From Bacteroidales bacterium (GTDB lineage: Bacteria > Bacteroidota > Bacteroidia > Bacteroidales > UBA932), in assembly GCA_016282145.1 (NCBI GenBank), contig JAEEJZ010000079.1, positions 7,327 through 71,326 of the forward strand: 64,000 nt of DNA, written 5' to 3'. Below the pieces are notes generated by a model. The model ran no database searches. It was not told the DNA's origin and worked only from the letters and a program-made list of their open reading frames with translations. The translations under genes and the position numbers were made by a program. Positions 34,401-43,341 of the stretch are shown here, one piece after another. The number at the start of each line of letters is the position of its first letter. The first letter of the stretch is position 1.

Positions 34401-34763
34401 TTTCTTTTCACCGATGAACCATTTGGAGGGGTCTTTGCCCTCGGCGGTGCCGCGGACGCGGAACCAGTAGGTCACATCGGCCTCCAGATGGGCCAGGTAA
34501 GGGATTTCACTCTTGTCCAGTTCGAAGTGGAAAGCCGGATCGCCTTCCAGGGCTTCGTTGGTGAAGAGTTCCAGGATATAGACCTCGGTCGTCTTGGCCT
34601 TGTCCCAGTTGAAGTTCACGTACTCGCCGTTCTTGACGACGGCGGTCACGTTGGTCGGCTCGAAGCAGCGGCTCAGGTCCACGTCCTCGATCACCGGCGG
34701 GATCTCCTCCACGCAGGAAACGGCGAACAGTAAGGCTAAGGCCGTATAGATTAATTTTTTCAT
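31401..34763 (-). CDS. 1120-aa surface lipoprotein: FN3 domains, a pectate-lyase-like beta-helix module (DUF4957/DUF5123-like) and three C-terminal beta-sandwich modules; probable surface glycan-binding protein
   Basis: ORF 31401..34790. The ATG at 34763 gives MKKLIYTALALLFAVSC-VEE. It has FN3-like segments (NFNWDKAKTTEVYILE..., SWDAVPKAGSYELL) and a central beta-helix-like region. It lies directly downstream of susD, as in pectin PULs. Confidence 0.7.
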   Translation of the reverse strand: MKKLIYTALALLFAVSCVEEIPPVIEDVDLSRCFEPTNVTAVVKNGEYVNFNWDKAKTTEVYILELFTNEALEGDPAFHFELDKSEIPYLAHLEADVTYWFRVRGTAEGKDPSKWFIGEKKLETTAIKSTLEPVLVDRTSTSISMSWTADPEVDHIRIVPPLGEDVDYTRMDLSESEVAFGAAIVEGLKSSTHYSLTLHFKSADRGAVYAWTRPDMTGVVEVADTTALRAALVDAAPKIMLRYREEPYMLLSVKLAGPVALYGEETLEGAKPVFQGDFQADPNVVSSLHFENIEFDGMDYKYGHMVTILKAGTMSEVTALNCDIHGYSKGIFYDNYGLTVPSVVYDHCLIHDIEGNQGDCFDFRKKCAIGSVKFSNSSLYDGMRSFIRIDANPTLESLEISNCTFSNLLYRVDGNTNGLIHVRAKNAAGGDPAIILKKNVFLNMRYGDQGAATKRCTLIGTNSADKLPTEIAKNWYYNCDDSFFSHIVSSAETLGLEKCVAGGGALLSEDPCMDSESSLFYVISTAVTAAQAGDPRWLEPYKEEPEDLTQDVTVPIKTWNLTDPKYFKKAANKDMVRDGIRFYVAANPIEFTPEGFRFTSAPTMAAGCPADGGISIKVDRPGAVVVSTAAQEDQLAMLVVNMNGSVKAGVPVGAQNEMITFPDIVEGSETMIYLYATAPIVLSGLQWTDDIDPGDSQLATPVLTLSATEFVEGSATPLVVSWDAVPKAGSYELLFIGNTWSTTETSYSIDLSKYAADNYSIGVRALPAETDLVRQPSELASASFVINETLKPVSKTTPTVWDKDYMQRGVNKFGNGTEITKDVVYGNLNLLCGGGKFKFGIDNADTDPKPRIQLGGTGNPGVKTSLQFIAGGAGTLVISARSSGDGERPLGVAIGGSLISSQNAPGKAGDPADLSWEVASGAGDIINIYSTNSGINLYSITWTPSDGGDTPPSPIDDPDAINEAYSADFTNAEKFPAGAFEEAKVIDKVTYCGASGAAMNFDPSGKRVKFNGASTLGEDGIPTKRYASFKITKPGVITHKLISGSSSAADRKGAVILVTTTADGKKVTTLWNDFTPTSSGAEAMTYTVTAAQLEGITEAAVVYFYAEANINLYALGFMPE

Positions 34764-34773
34764 ATGCAGATTT

Positions 34774-36597
34774 CTAATAACCATAGTCATTCTTGATGTA
34801 ACCTACCGCATTGGTGAGGTCGAAGGTGCTGATCGGCCACCACATGTGCTGCTCGGGATTCACGCTGTCCTTGTAGAGGGCATCCGCTCTCTTCTGCAGC
34901 GCGCTGACAGAGTAGTACTTGCTCGCCTCTCCGTCGGAGTTGGTGTACACGGTCCAGCCTGCGGGAGGATCGCTCTCCCCCTTGTTGAGGCCGTACCAGC
35001 GGATCGTACAGCCATCCTCCGCGTAGTCGTAATAGACATAGTCGGGAATGCCGGCGTATTTGCCGCTCTTTTCGGCGAGGGCGGAAAGGTCGGCCTTGGC
35101 CGCATCGAGTTTATCCTTCAGGAGGCCCCAGCGGATGAGGTCGCCCTTGCGGAGCATTTCGCCCACGAACTCAAGCGCCCTTTCTTCCACGATGGCGTCG
35201 AAGAAGTTGGCTTCGGTCAGGGAATTGACATATTCGTTCGCCGCAGCGATATCGTTCGGGAAAGCGCGCTCGCGCACCTGCCTCAGGTAGCCCTTGGCTT
35301 CCGGCAGATAGCCGAGATTAGCCGCGATTTCAGCCGCCATCAGCAACACATCGGCGTAGCGCATATAGATGGGCTTGATGCCGTCGTCGTTGCCTCCGGT
35401 GTAGGGAGATTTGGTCATCCAGTCGAAGCGGTACTTGCCGAAATACCAGGTGGCGCCGCCGTTCAGGAGTTCACGGTCCACACCGTCGACGCATTTTTCC
35501 CAGTGGAAGGGAACGCAACTGATGTCGCGACGCACATCCCCCTCGTCGTACATGTAATAGACCGTAGGAAGCGGGCCGGCGTCTCCGCCACGGCTGGTGG
35601 AAGTGCCGATCCACTTGGTATTGGTCGTATTGGCGACGGCGAAGGTGTAGTTCCAGCGGCCGCGGCCGTCGGAGAAGGGATAGGCGAAGAGCACTTCCTT
35701 GCCCGCGGTCATGTCCATATTGTTGAAGTCCTTCCAGAGCTGTTCGAAGTCGAGGAGTTTCAGGCCGGAACGCTCGATGCAGTCGCGCAGATAGTTCAGC
35801 GCCTTGGGATAGAGGACGGAAGCCTGGAGAAGGGGATCTTTGGTCTGGTCCATCGAGCCCGGATCACCGGTGCCCACCTTCCCCTCGGCAGGACGCCAGG
35901 ACCAGCCGGAGGCAGCGAGCGCCAGACGGGCGTAAAGTCCCTCGGCGAAAGCCTTGCTGATGCGGCCCGTAGAGGCGGTGGCGGCATTTCCGTTCGGATG
36001 GGGCAGATAGGGAATCGCCTCTTCGATATCGGCAAGGATCTGCTTGAAGATGACATCCTTGTCGCTCTTGTTGAGGTAGATCGTCGAAGGAGAGACCGGC
36101 TCGAAGCGGGCCGGGACCTCGCCGTAGGCCTTCATCAGGTCGGCGTACAGGACGGCGCGGAGCACCAGCGCTTCGCCGAGCAGGTAGCGCATATCCTCTT
36201 TCTCGGCGACATTGCCGTACTCGCGGAGTCCCTTGATGCAGAGGTTCACGCGCTCGATGCCTTCATACATACTGGCGAACGGACCCTTGTCCAGGCTCAG
36301 CTGGGAATTGTCCGGCGAGCAGTCGTAGGCGGCGATGTCCAGTTTGACACCGGCCGTCGTAGAGGTATAGGCCTCGATATCGGTATTGATGCCGTAGTAG
36401 CAGAGGTAGCGGCCGCGGTGGCCGTTCTGCGTGCCGAAATCGGCATAGACGCCCATGATGCTGTTTTGCGCGAGGTCGTAGTTGGAGAAGACCACGGACT
36501 CATCGAAGGAGGATTTTGTCGGGGTGGTCAGGTCGATGCAGGAGACGCAGGCGGCCGAGATGGCGCCCAACGCAAATATTTTAAAGATAGTTTTCAT
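34774..36597 (-). CDS. susD: SusD/RagB-family outer-membrane lipoprotein
   Basis: 607-aa ORF with lipobox ...ISAACVSC and SusD-like TPR core motifs. It is adjacent to susC. Confidence 0.9.
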   Translation of the reverse strand: MKTIFKIFALGAISAACVSCIDLTTPTKSSFDESVVFSNYDLAQNSIMGVYADFGTQNGHRGRYLCYYGINTDIEAYTSTTAGVKLDIAAYDCSPDNSQLSLDKGPFASMYEGIERVNLCIKGLREYGNVAEKEDMRYLLGEALVLRAVLYADLMKAYGEVPARFEPVSPSTIYLNKSDKDVIFKQILADIEEAIPYLPHPNGNAATASTGRISKAFAEGLYARLALAASGWSWRPAEGKVGTGDPGSMDQTKDPLLQASVLYPKALNYLRDCIERSGLKLLDFEQLWKDFNNMDMTAGKEVLFAYPFSDGRGRWNYTFAVANTTNTKWIGTSTSRGGDAGPLPTVYYMYDEGDVRRDISCVPFHWEKCVDGVDRELLNGGATWYFGKYRFDWMTKSPYTGGNDDGIKPIYMRYADVLLMAAEIAANLGYLPEAKGYLRQVRERAFPNDIAAANEYVNSLTEANFFDAIVEERALEFVGEMLRKGDLIRWGLLKDKLDAAKADLSALAEKSGKYAGIPDYVYYDYAEDGCTIRWYGLNKGESDPPAGWTVYTNSDGEASKYYSVSALQKRADALYKDSVNPEQHMWWPISTFDLTNAVGYIKNDYGY

Positions 36598-36610
36598 CGT
36601 ATTTCCTCCT

Positions 36611-39600
36611 TTAGAAAGTGATGTTCAGACCACCGACGACGCCGATGCTCTTGGGATAGGCGGAATAATCGACACCCGGGGTAAGCGGGGTGGCGCGACG
36701 GGAATCCACTTCCGGATCGAAGCCGGAGTAGGCGGTCAGGCAGAAGAGGTTCGTACCGGTCACATAGACGCGGAGTTTCTTCATCTTGATCTTCATCGTC
36801 AGGGCCTCAGGCAGGGTGTAGCCGATGGTTGCGGTGGAAAGGCGCAGGAAAGAGCCGTCCTCCATCGCCCAGTCGGTCAGCACGGCGTTCGTGAGCGGAG
36901 ACCACATCGTCGTCCCCTCGTTCATCGCACGCAGCTTGTCGGGGTCGTTGACGACCTCGCCGGTCTTCCAGTCGATATTGTTCCAGCGCTGGTCCGGAGA
37001 CATCGAGGAAAGCAGGTTGCGGCGCCAATAGTCGCGGTAGGAAGTGAACTCCACCTTGTTGGCGTTGTAGATCTTGTTCCCGAAGACATAGTTGAAGTTC
37101 GCGGAGAAATCCACGCCGTAGAGGACACCGCTCAGGGAGAAACCGCCGGAGCCCAGCGGGAGGGTGTTGCCGATGACCTGCAGGTCGGGCGTGCCGTCTC
37201 CGTCATTGTCCTGGAGTTTGAGGGCGCCGGGACGCATAAAGTTGGCACCGACCGCATTGGAGCAGTCCACCACGCCTTCATTCAGGAGCCACTTGCCCTT
37301 GTCGGCATCCCAGGTAAAGTCGTCCACGTCATAGCGGCCGGCCACCTTGTAGCCATAGACATTACCCAGGGGCTGTCCGGGTTCCACCAGGAAGTCCGCA
37401 TAGGGAGTCAGTTTCGTGGAAGCCCAGTTACTGTAGGCGGGAATCGATTCCAGGGCGCCGAGGCTCATCACCCGGTTCTGGTTGAGGGAGATATTGCCGC
37501 TGAAGTTCAGGCCGAAGTTCTTCGTCTCTACGAGCACGGCGCTGAGGCTCAGTTCGATACCGCGGTTGCGGATGGTCCCGGAGTTGCGGTACTGGTACGA
37601 GTAACCGGAGCCGGCGGTCGGGAACTGGATCAGCAGGTTGTCGATCGTATTCTGATAGAGTTCGATGCTACCGTTGATGCGGCTGCGCAGGAAGGAGAAG
37701 TCGATACCTATATTATGGGAATAGGTCGTCTCCCAGGTCAGGTCGGGATTCGGCATGATGGTCTTGCCGTCCACGGTGGTGGAAGCCCAGGGCGTGGTCG
37801 TGCCGTACACCCACTGTGCGGAAGCGTCCGTCAGGGCGGCGAAATACATCGCCTGCACGCCGGAAGGGATATTGTTGTTACCTGCGGTACCGAAACTGTA
37901 ACGCAGTTTGAGGTTGCTCAGCCAGCGGGCATTCTTCATCCAGGATTCATTGGAGATGGTCCAGCCTACGGCAGCCGAGGGGAACACACCCCACTGATGT
38001 CCACGGGAGAAGCGCGAAGAACCGTCGGCGCGCACCGTCGCGGAAAGCGAGTAGCGGCTGTCGAAATCGTAGTTCGCACGGCCGAAGAAGGAAAGCAACT
38101 GATCGTCCGGGTCATAGTATTTGTTGGCGACGCGGGTATAGGCGGCAGAAGACATAAAGTTCCGGGCCAGATCCGAAGTGAAGAAATCCGGGAGGCCTTC
38201 CACCACCATCGTGTTGGTGTTGGCGGTCGTGCGGATGTACTCCACACCGAGGAGGGCGTCCAGGTGATGGCGCTGGTCGGGAATGACCTGGTCGAACTTA
38301 TAGTTCAGGGTATTGGTACTGCGGATCTTGCGGCGGTACAGGGAGACGGCGCGGGCGGCCGGATGTCCCTGGTATTCCTTGACGGCGGTATTGGCGACAT
38401 AGTAGGTCGTCAGGCCGTAGAACTGGTCGTCCGCCTGGCTCCAGTCGTCCAGACCGCCCTCGACGCGGAGGTCGAGGTTCTTGATGATGTGCCAGGTGAC
38501 GGCGGCGTTGAGCGTCCAGTTCTTGCGGATACGCTGCTTGTCGTTGTCGGCCACGCTCTTGAGCGGCGGGGCGTTGTCACCGTAATCCTCCTCCATGTCG
38601 CTGTCGGTAGCGGCATTGTCCAGCGGAATCGGCGTGTACATCACCGCGTGCTTGAGACGGCCGTTGGTGCCGGAGGTGGAACCCGCATCGTTGATGGAGT
38701 TGGCACCCGCACCCATCACCTTCATGAACGAGTAGCGCAGGTTCAGGTCGAAGGTCAACTGCTTGATGGGCTTGTACTGGGTCTTGAAGGCGAGGTTGTC
38801 GCGGTGATAGTCGGAGCCGGTCATGATGGCCTTCTCGTTGATGTGCGCGTAGGAAGCGCTCCACTTGACCTTTTCGCCGCCGCCGCTCACCATCAGGTTG
38901 TGGCTGAAGGTGGTGCCGGTGTGGCCGAAGACCTGCTGTACCCAGTCATTGCCCTGGACGTCCCGATAGAGGTCGATATCGTCAAACGAGCCGAAGAGGG
39001 GCACATAGCGCTCATCGACCTTGTCCAGCACGGAAGCGAGTTCATACTGGCCGCGGACAAAATCGTAGGGGCTCATCACGTCGACGGCTTTCTTGTTCGC
39101 CATCCATTTGGCCCCGCCGTAGGCATTGTAGGAGACACTCACCTTGCCCTTCTCGCCGGACTTGGTGGTGACGAGCACGACACCGTTCGCACCGCGGCTA
39201 CCGTAGATGGCCGTCGAGAATGCATCCTTGAGCACGTCGATGGTCTTGATGTCGGAAGCGGCGATGTCGGAGATGCTCTCCACGGGGAAACCGTCCACGA
39301 TGTAGAGCGGCGAGGAATCCTGGGTAATGGAACCGGAACCGCGCACGCGGATCTTCACGTCGGCATCGGGGTCACCCTCGGTCGTAGTGATCTGGACACC
39401 CGCCATCCGGCCGGTCAGGGCCTCCGTCACGTTGGAGACGGGGGCTGCGGTGATGGTCTTGCTGTCCACGGAGGTGACAGAACCCATGACGTCGCGGCGC
39501 TTGACGGTCGCATAACCGATGACGACGGTCTCGTCGAGGAAATTGGTGTCATCCTGCATCACGACATCGAAGAAAGTCTTGGAGCCGATTTTGATGACCT

Positions 39601-39838
39601 GCGTCTGCAGGCCGATACAGGTAATCTCCAGGGTCTTTGCATTGGGGTCCGCGATATCGATGGAGAAATTACCATCCAAATCGGTGGAAACGCCCTGCGT
39701 CGTCCCCTGGATCATAACGGCCGCACCCGGGATCGGAACACCGGCCGCATCCTTGACTACACCCTTGATTACGTCGGCGTGTGCATTAGCACACAACAAG
39801 AGCGCAATAAGGGCAGTCAGAGTACGAAAGCTTTTCAT
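36611..39838 (-). CDS. susC: SusC/RagA-family TonB-dependent transporter
   Basis: 1075-aa ORF with a signal peptide, a carboxypeptidase-regulatory-like domain (GVVKDAAGVPIPGAAVMIQG), a plug region and a C-terminal ...GGLNITF. Confidence 0.93.
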   Translation of the reverse strand: MKSFRTLTALIALLLCANAHADVIKGVVKDAAGVPIPGAAVMIQGTTQGVSTDLDGNFSIDIADPNAKTLEITCIGLQTQVIKIGSKTFFDVVMQDDTNFLDETVVIGYATVKRRDVMGSVTSVDSKTITAAPVSNVTEALTGRMAGVQITTTEGDPDADVKIRVRGSGSITQDSSPLYIVDGFPVESISDIAASDIKTIDVLKDAFSTAIYGSRGANGVVLVTTKSGEKGKVSVSYNAYGGAKWMANKKAVDVMSPYDFVRGQYELASVLDKVDERYVPLFGSFDDIDLYRDVQGNDWVQQVFGHTGTTFSHNLMVSGGGEKVKWSASYAHINEKAIMTGSDYHRDNLAFKTQYKPIKQLTFDLNLRYSFMKVMGAGANSINDAGSTSGTNGRLKHAVMYTPIPLDNAATDSDMEEDYGDNAPPLKSVADNDKQRIRKNWTLNAAVTWHIIKNLDLRVEGGLDDWSQADDQFYGLTTYYVANTAVKEYQGHPAARAVSLYRRKIRSTNTLNYKFDQVIPDQRHHLDALLGVEYIRTTANTNTMVVEGLPDFFTSDLARNFMSSAAYTRVANKYYDPDDQLLSFFGRANYDFDSRYSLSATVRADGSSRFSRGHQWGVFPSAAVGWTISNESWMKNARWLSNLKLRYSFGTAGNNNIPSGVQAMYFAALTDASAQWVYGTTTPWASTTVDGKTIMPNPDLTWETTYSHNIGIDFSFLRSRINGSIELYQNTIDNLLIQFPTAGSGYSYQYRNSGTIRNRGIELSLSAVLVETKNFGLNFSGNISLNQNRVMSLGALESIPAYSNWASTKLTPYADFLVEPGQPLGNVYGYKVAGRYDVDDFTWDADKGKWLLNEGVVDCSNAVGANFMRPGALKLQDNDGDGTPDLQVIGNTLPLGSGGFSLSGVLYGVDFSANFNYVFGNKIYNANKVEFTSYRDYWRRNLLSSMSPDQRWNNIDWKTGEVVNDPDKLRAMNEGTTMWSPLTNAVLTDWAMEDGSFLRLSTATIGYTLPEALTMKIKMKKLRVYVTGTNLFCLTAYSGFDPEVDSRRATPLTPGVDYSAYPKSIGVVGGLNITF

Positions 39839-39895
39839 ACGTTAAAAATTGTGACTGTTTTGGTTAATATTTTATGTGGTTGCAGTCTTGCGCTA

Positions 39896-39903
39896 CAAAT
39901 ATA
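39896..39903 (-). promoter_or_regulatory. -7-type promoter box TATATTTG (minus strand) upstream of the pectin-PUL susC
   Basis: The plus strand reads CAAATATA, 57 nt upstream of the ATG at 39838, in the divergent intergenic region. Confidence 0.4.
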
Positions 39904-39932
39904 TAAATTTTTTTTATATCTTGCCGCTTAAT

Positions 39933-41471
39933 ATGAAAAATCTACAATTTTTATTCATTTTCTCCTTAATGATACTGTCCGCCTGCGGCGGCAACGAATT
40001 TGATAATTATTACCGGGACCTCCCCTTTGAGATGGCGCGTGTGGAGCGTCCGTCCATCCCCTCGCGGCGCGTTAGCCTGACGGACTTCGGCGCCGTCGGC
40101 GACGGGATGTACCTCAATACCGAAGCCTTTGCGGCCGCCTTTGCGGAACTGGAGCGGCTGGGCGGCGGACACCTGGACGTTCCCGCGGGCATCTGGCTGA
40201 CGGGCCCCATCGAACTGAAAAGCAGGACCGACCTGCACCTTGCCTTCGGTGCCGTGGTGCGCTTCTCTTCCGATCCCGAGCTTTACCCGATCATCAAGAC
40301 TTCGTTCGAAGGGCTGGATACGCGGCGCTGCACTTCCCCGCTGAGCGCCAATGATGCGCACGACATCAGCATCACCGGAGAAGGCGTGTTCGACGGCAGC
40401 GGCGACGCCTGGCGCCCGCTCAAGAAGGGCAAGGTGACCGGCTCGGTCTGGAAGAAGAAAATCGCCTCCGGCGGCGTCCTCAACGAAAAGGGCGACATCT
40501 GGTATCCGGACGAGGATTATCTGGTGGCAGAGCGTACGGCGAATATGAACGTGCCAGACCCGTCGCTGCCCGATGCGGCGGTCAAACGCTTCCTGCGCCC
40601 GGTCATGGTATCGCTGCGCGGCTGCACGAACGTCCTGATGGAGGGCTGCACCTATCAGAACTCCCCCGCGTGGAACCTCCATCCCATGCTTTGCACGAAC
40701 CTTATTATAAAAGGAGTGACGGTGCGCAATCCCGCCTGGTCGCAGAACGGAGACGGCATCGACATTGAATCCTGCACGAATACGCTGCTGCTGGATTCGA
40801 GTTTCGACTGCGGCGACGACGGCATCTGCATCAAGTCCGGCAAGGACGAGGACGGGCGGCGGCGCGGCGTGCCCTGCAAGAACCTGATCATCGACGGCTG
40901 CACGGTCTATCACGGCCACGGCGGCTTCGTGGTGGGCAGCGAGATGAGCGGCGGCGTACAGAACGTCAAGATTGCGAACTGCCGCTTCCTGGGCACCGAC
41001 GTAGGCCTGCGCTTCAAGAGTTGCCGGGGCCGCGGCGGCGTTGTAGAGGGTATCTGGATTTCAGACATCAGCATGACGGACATCGTGGCGGAAGGTCTGC
41101 TCTTCGACCTCCATTATGGCGGGAAATCCGCAGTGGAAGCCCTGGAAGACGGAGACCAGCCGGATATGAAAGAATATCTGGCCGACGAGACGACCCCCGC
41201 TTTCCGGGACATCCATATCCGGGACGTCCGTTGCGACGGGGCCGGACGCGCCATCTACGTGAATGGCCTGCCGGAAATGCCGGTGCGCAACATCGAACTA
41301 CAGCATTGCCTGTTCCGCTCGACAAAGGGAGCGGAGATCAACATAGCAGAAGGCGTAGCGCTGCGCGATGTGACCATCATCCCCACCGAGGGTCCTGCCC
41401 TCAAGCATCAGGCCGTCAAGGGTTTGACCGTAGAAGAAAGCCCGGGCTTGTCAGCGTCGAATCAGCAGTAA
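39933..41471 (+). CDS. Glycoside hydrolase family 28 (polygalacturonase-type) lipoprotein
   Basis: ORF 39876..41471. The ATG at 39933 gives MKNLQFLFIFSLMILSAC-GG. GH28 motifs are SQNGDGIDIES, CGDDGICIKSG, GHGGFVVGSE and LRFKS. Confidence 0.88.
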   Translation: MKNLQFLFIFSLMILSACGGNEFDNYYRDLPFEMARVERPSIPSRRVSLTDFGAVGDGMYLNTEAFAAAFAELERLGGGHLDVPAGIWLTGPIELKSRTDLHLAFGAVVRFSSDPELYPIIKTSFEGLDTRRCTSPLSANDAHDISITGEGVFDGSGDAWRPLKKGKVTGSVWKKKIASGGVLNEKGDIWYPDEDYLVAERTANMNVPDPSLPDAAVKRFLRPVMVSLRGCTNVLMEGCTYQNSPAWNLHPMLCTNLIIKGVTVRNPAWSQNGDGIDIESCTNTLLLDSSFDCGDDGICIKSGKDEDGRRRGVPCKNLIIDGCTVYHGHGGFVVGSEMSGGVQNVKIANCRFLGTDVGLRFKSCRGRGGVVEGIWISDISMTDIVAEGLLFDLHYGGKSAVEALEDGDQPDMKEYLADETTPAFRDIHIRDVRCDGAGRAIYVNGLPEMPVRNIELQHCLFRSTKGAEINIAEGVALRDVTIIPTEGPALKHQAVKGLTVEESPGLSASNQQ

Positions 41472-42465
41472 TCAACAGGGTCTCGGGAGAAGGCCGGACC
41501 GCCCCGCTGCGGCAAAGAGCCAGCGCGGAATCGGCACCGATGACCATAAACCAGGTGGCATAGGCATCGGCCAGGGTGGCGCTCCGATCCTCCGGAGAGC
41601 CGCTGACCGTGACCGTGGCGCTGAGCAGGGAATGCTGCACCGGATAACCGTCGCGCGGGTCGAGGGTATGCGCATACTTGCGCCCCTCGTGCAGGTAGAA
41701 TTTGCGGTAATTGCCGGAAGTGACGATGCCGTAAGCCCCGCCGTCGGAAGCCCAGATCCCGCTGAGCGACGCTCCGGGCGTATTGTTCCCGTCCTCCGGC
41801 GTATCGATACCCACTGTCCAGCCTTCCCCGCGGGGATTCAGGCCTTCGAGGTAGATTTCGCCGATATTGACGAGCATGTCCCTGACCCCGAGCGTATGCA
41901 GCCAGGCGGCGATCAGGTCGCAACTATAGCCCTGGGCGACGGCATTGAAATTAAAGCGCGGGGCGGGGCCGCCGGGTTCCCGCAGAAAATCGTCCGCGCA
42001 GAGCGCAAGGCTGAAATCCAGTTCCGATGGCGCCTTCAGGCGATGCATGCCGCAGGCCGACAGGGTCTTCGCCACCAGCGAAGCCTCCGGTAGCGAGTCG
42101 CGCGAAAAGCCGAAGCCCCAGCAGTCGAAAAGGGGGCCGGCGGCCACGTCCAGCGCACCTTCCGACTGCTGCCACAGCGCGTAGGAAAGGGCGTAGAGTT
42201 CCGCGAACATCGGCGCAAGGAGGAGCGTATCCCCCGCATTGAGGCGGCTGAGCTGCGAATGGCGGTTGTAGCCGGAGAGCACCGTATCGACCTGCAGAAG
42301 CATCTCATCTACCTGTCGGGCGACCTTCGCACGGGAAAGCCGCAGGCCTGCGGCATTGTAGCTGACGCTGTAGGTGCCCCCTTGCGCATAACCGCTCACC
42401 GTCTCGTAGCCGCGGCTACAGGAGACGGTGAGCAGTAAAAGAAGGAAGAGTTTTGCTGTTTTCAG
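41416..42465 (-). CDS. apbE: FAD:protein FMN transferase ApbE (lipoprotein), probably starting at a CTG
   Basis: The track ORF 41416..42399 starts at a GTG inside the mature protein. The 22 in-frame codons upstream encode LKTAKLFLLLLLLTVSC-SRGY, a lipoprotein signal, with no ATG, GTG or TTG. ApbE motifs include NAVAQGYSCD and TSGNYRKF. Confidence 0.75.
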   Translation of the reverse strand: MKTAKLFLLLLLTVSCSRGYETVSGYAQGGTYSVSYNAAGLRLSRAKVARQVDEMLLQVDTVLSGYNRHSQLSRLNAGDTLLLAPMFAELYALSYALWQQSEGALDVAAGPLFDCWGFGFSRDSLPEASLVAKTLSACGMHRLKAPSELDFSLALCADDFLREPGGPAPRFNFNAVAQGYSCDLIAAWLHTLGVRDMLVNIGEIYLEGLNPRGEGWTVGIDTPEDGNNTPGASLSGIWASDGGAYGIVTSGNYRKFYLHEGRKYAHTLDPRDGYPVQHSLLSATVTVSGSPEDRSATLADAYATWFMVIGADSALALCRSGAVRPSPETLLITADSTLTSPGFLLRSNP

Positions 42466-42468
42466 CTT

Positions 42469-43224
42469 CTAATAGGATTTGGCGATCGCGATGAAGTCCT
42501 CCGCCTTGAGGGCGGCGCCTCCGATCAGTCCACCGTCGATATCGGCGCAGGCAAAGAGTTCCTTCGCGTTGGAAGGCTTGCAGCTGCCGCCGTAGAGGAT
42601 GGTCATATCGTCCGCCACCGCGGCACCGAACTTCTCGGCGACGGTCTTGCGGATGAACGCGTGAATCTCCTGCGCCTGCTCAGCGGTCGCGGTCTTGCCG
42701 GTACCGATGGCCCAGACGGGCTCGTAGGCGATGACGATGTTCTTCATCTCTTCCGCGCTGAAAGCGAAGAGGACGTTGCGGGTCTGCTCCCCTACCACGT
42801 CGAAGTGGCGGCCGGCCTCACGCTCGTCCAGGTTCTCACCGACGCAGAGGATGACCTTCAGGCCGCGGGAAAGGGCCAGCTTCACCTTCTCTACGAGTTT
42901 GGCGTCGGTCTCGCCGTAGTACTGACGGCGCTCGGAGTGCCCGAGAATGGTATATTCACAACCCGTGGACACCAGCATATCGACCGATACCTCTCCGGTG
43001 TAGGCACCCTTCTCCTTGTCCGCACAGTTCTGCGCGGAGAGACATACGCGCGTACCTTTCACCACGTCAGCCACAGCGCAGAGATGGGTAAAGGGAACGG
43101 CCACCACGAGCCCGACGCCCGCAGGGACCTCCGCAGAAGCGGCCACGACATCCTTCGCCAGCTGAACACCCTCGGAAACGGTCGTATTCATCTTCCAGTT
43201 TCCTGCTACAATTTTCTTTCTCAT
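42469..43224 (-). CDS. tpiA: Triose-phosphate isomerase
   Basis: 251-aa ORF with VAGNWKMN, ILGHSERR, AYEPVWAIGTG and GGLIGGAALK. Confidence 0.95.
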   Translation of the reverse strand: MRKKIVAGNWKMNTTVSEGVQLAKDVVAASAEVPAGVGLVVAVPFTHLCAVADVVKGTRVCLSAQNCADKEKGAYTGEVSVDMLVSTGCEYTILGHSERRQYYGETDAKLVEKVKLALSRGLKVILCVGENLDEREAGRHFDVVGEQTRNVLFAFSAEEMKNIVIAYEPVWAIGTGKTATAEQAQEIHAFIRKTVAEKFGAAVADDMTILYGGSCKPSNAKELFACADIDGGLIGGAALKAEDFIAIAKSY

Positions 43225-43265
43225 AAGATTTTAAATATTAATTGGAACTTTCTGATCCGGAACCG

Positions 43266-43273
43266 CAAAGTTA
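43266..43273 (-). promoter_or_regulatory. Candidate -7-type box TAACTTTG (minus strand) for tpiA
   Basis: The plus strand reads CAAAGTTA, 41 nt upstream of the tpiA ATG. Confidence 0.35.
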
Positions 43274-43285
43274 ATAATTTTTACA

Positions 43286-43293
43286 TATCTTTG
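43286..43293 (+). promoter_or_regulatory. Candidate -7-type box TATCTTTG for the rubrerythrin gene
   Basis: Matches TAnnTTTG, 48 nt upstream of the ATG at 43342. Confidence 0.4.
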
Positions 43294-43341
43294 TAGGGTA
43301 CGAGTACACGAAACCACAACACATCACAAAAAAAATCAATC

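Noticed and set aside
42466-42471. Stop-codon read-through or a tpiA-apbE fusion protein, because apbE is in frame with the tpiA TAG.
   Set aside because: The sequence after the stop is a complete lipoprotein signal peptide. That makes sense only at a free N-terminus, so an independent CTG initiation is the simpler explanation.
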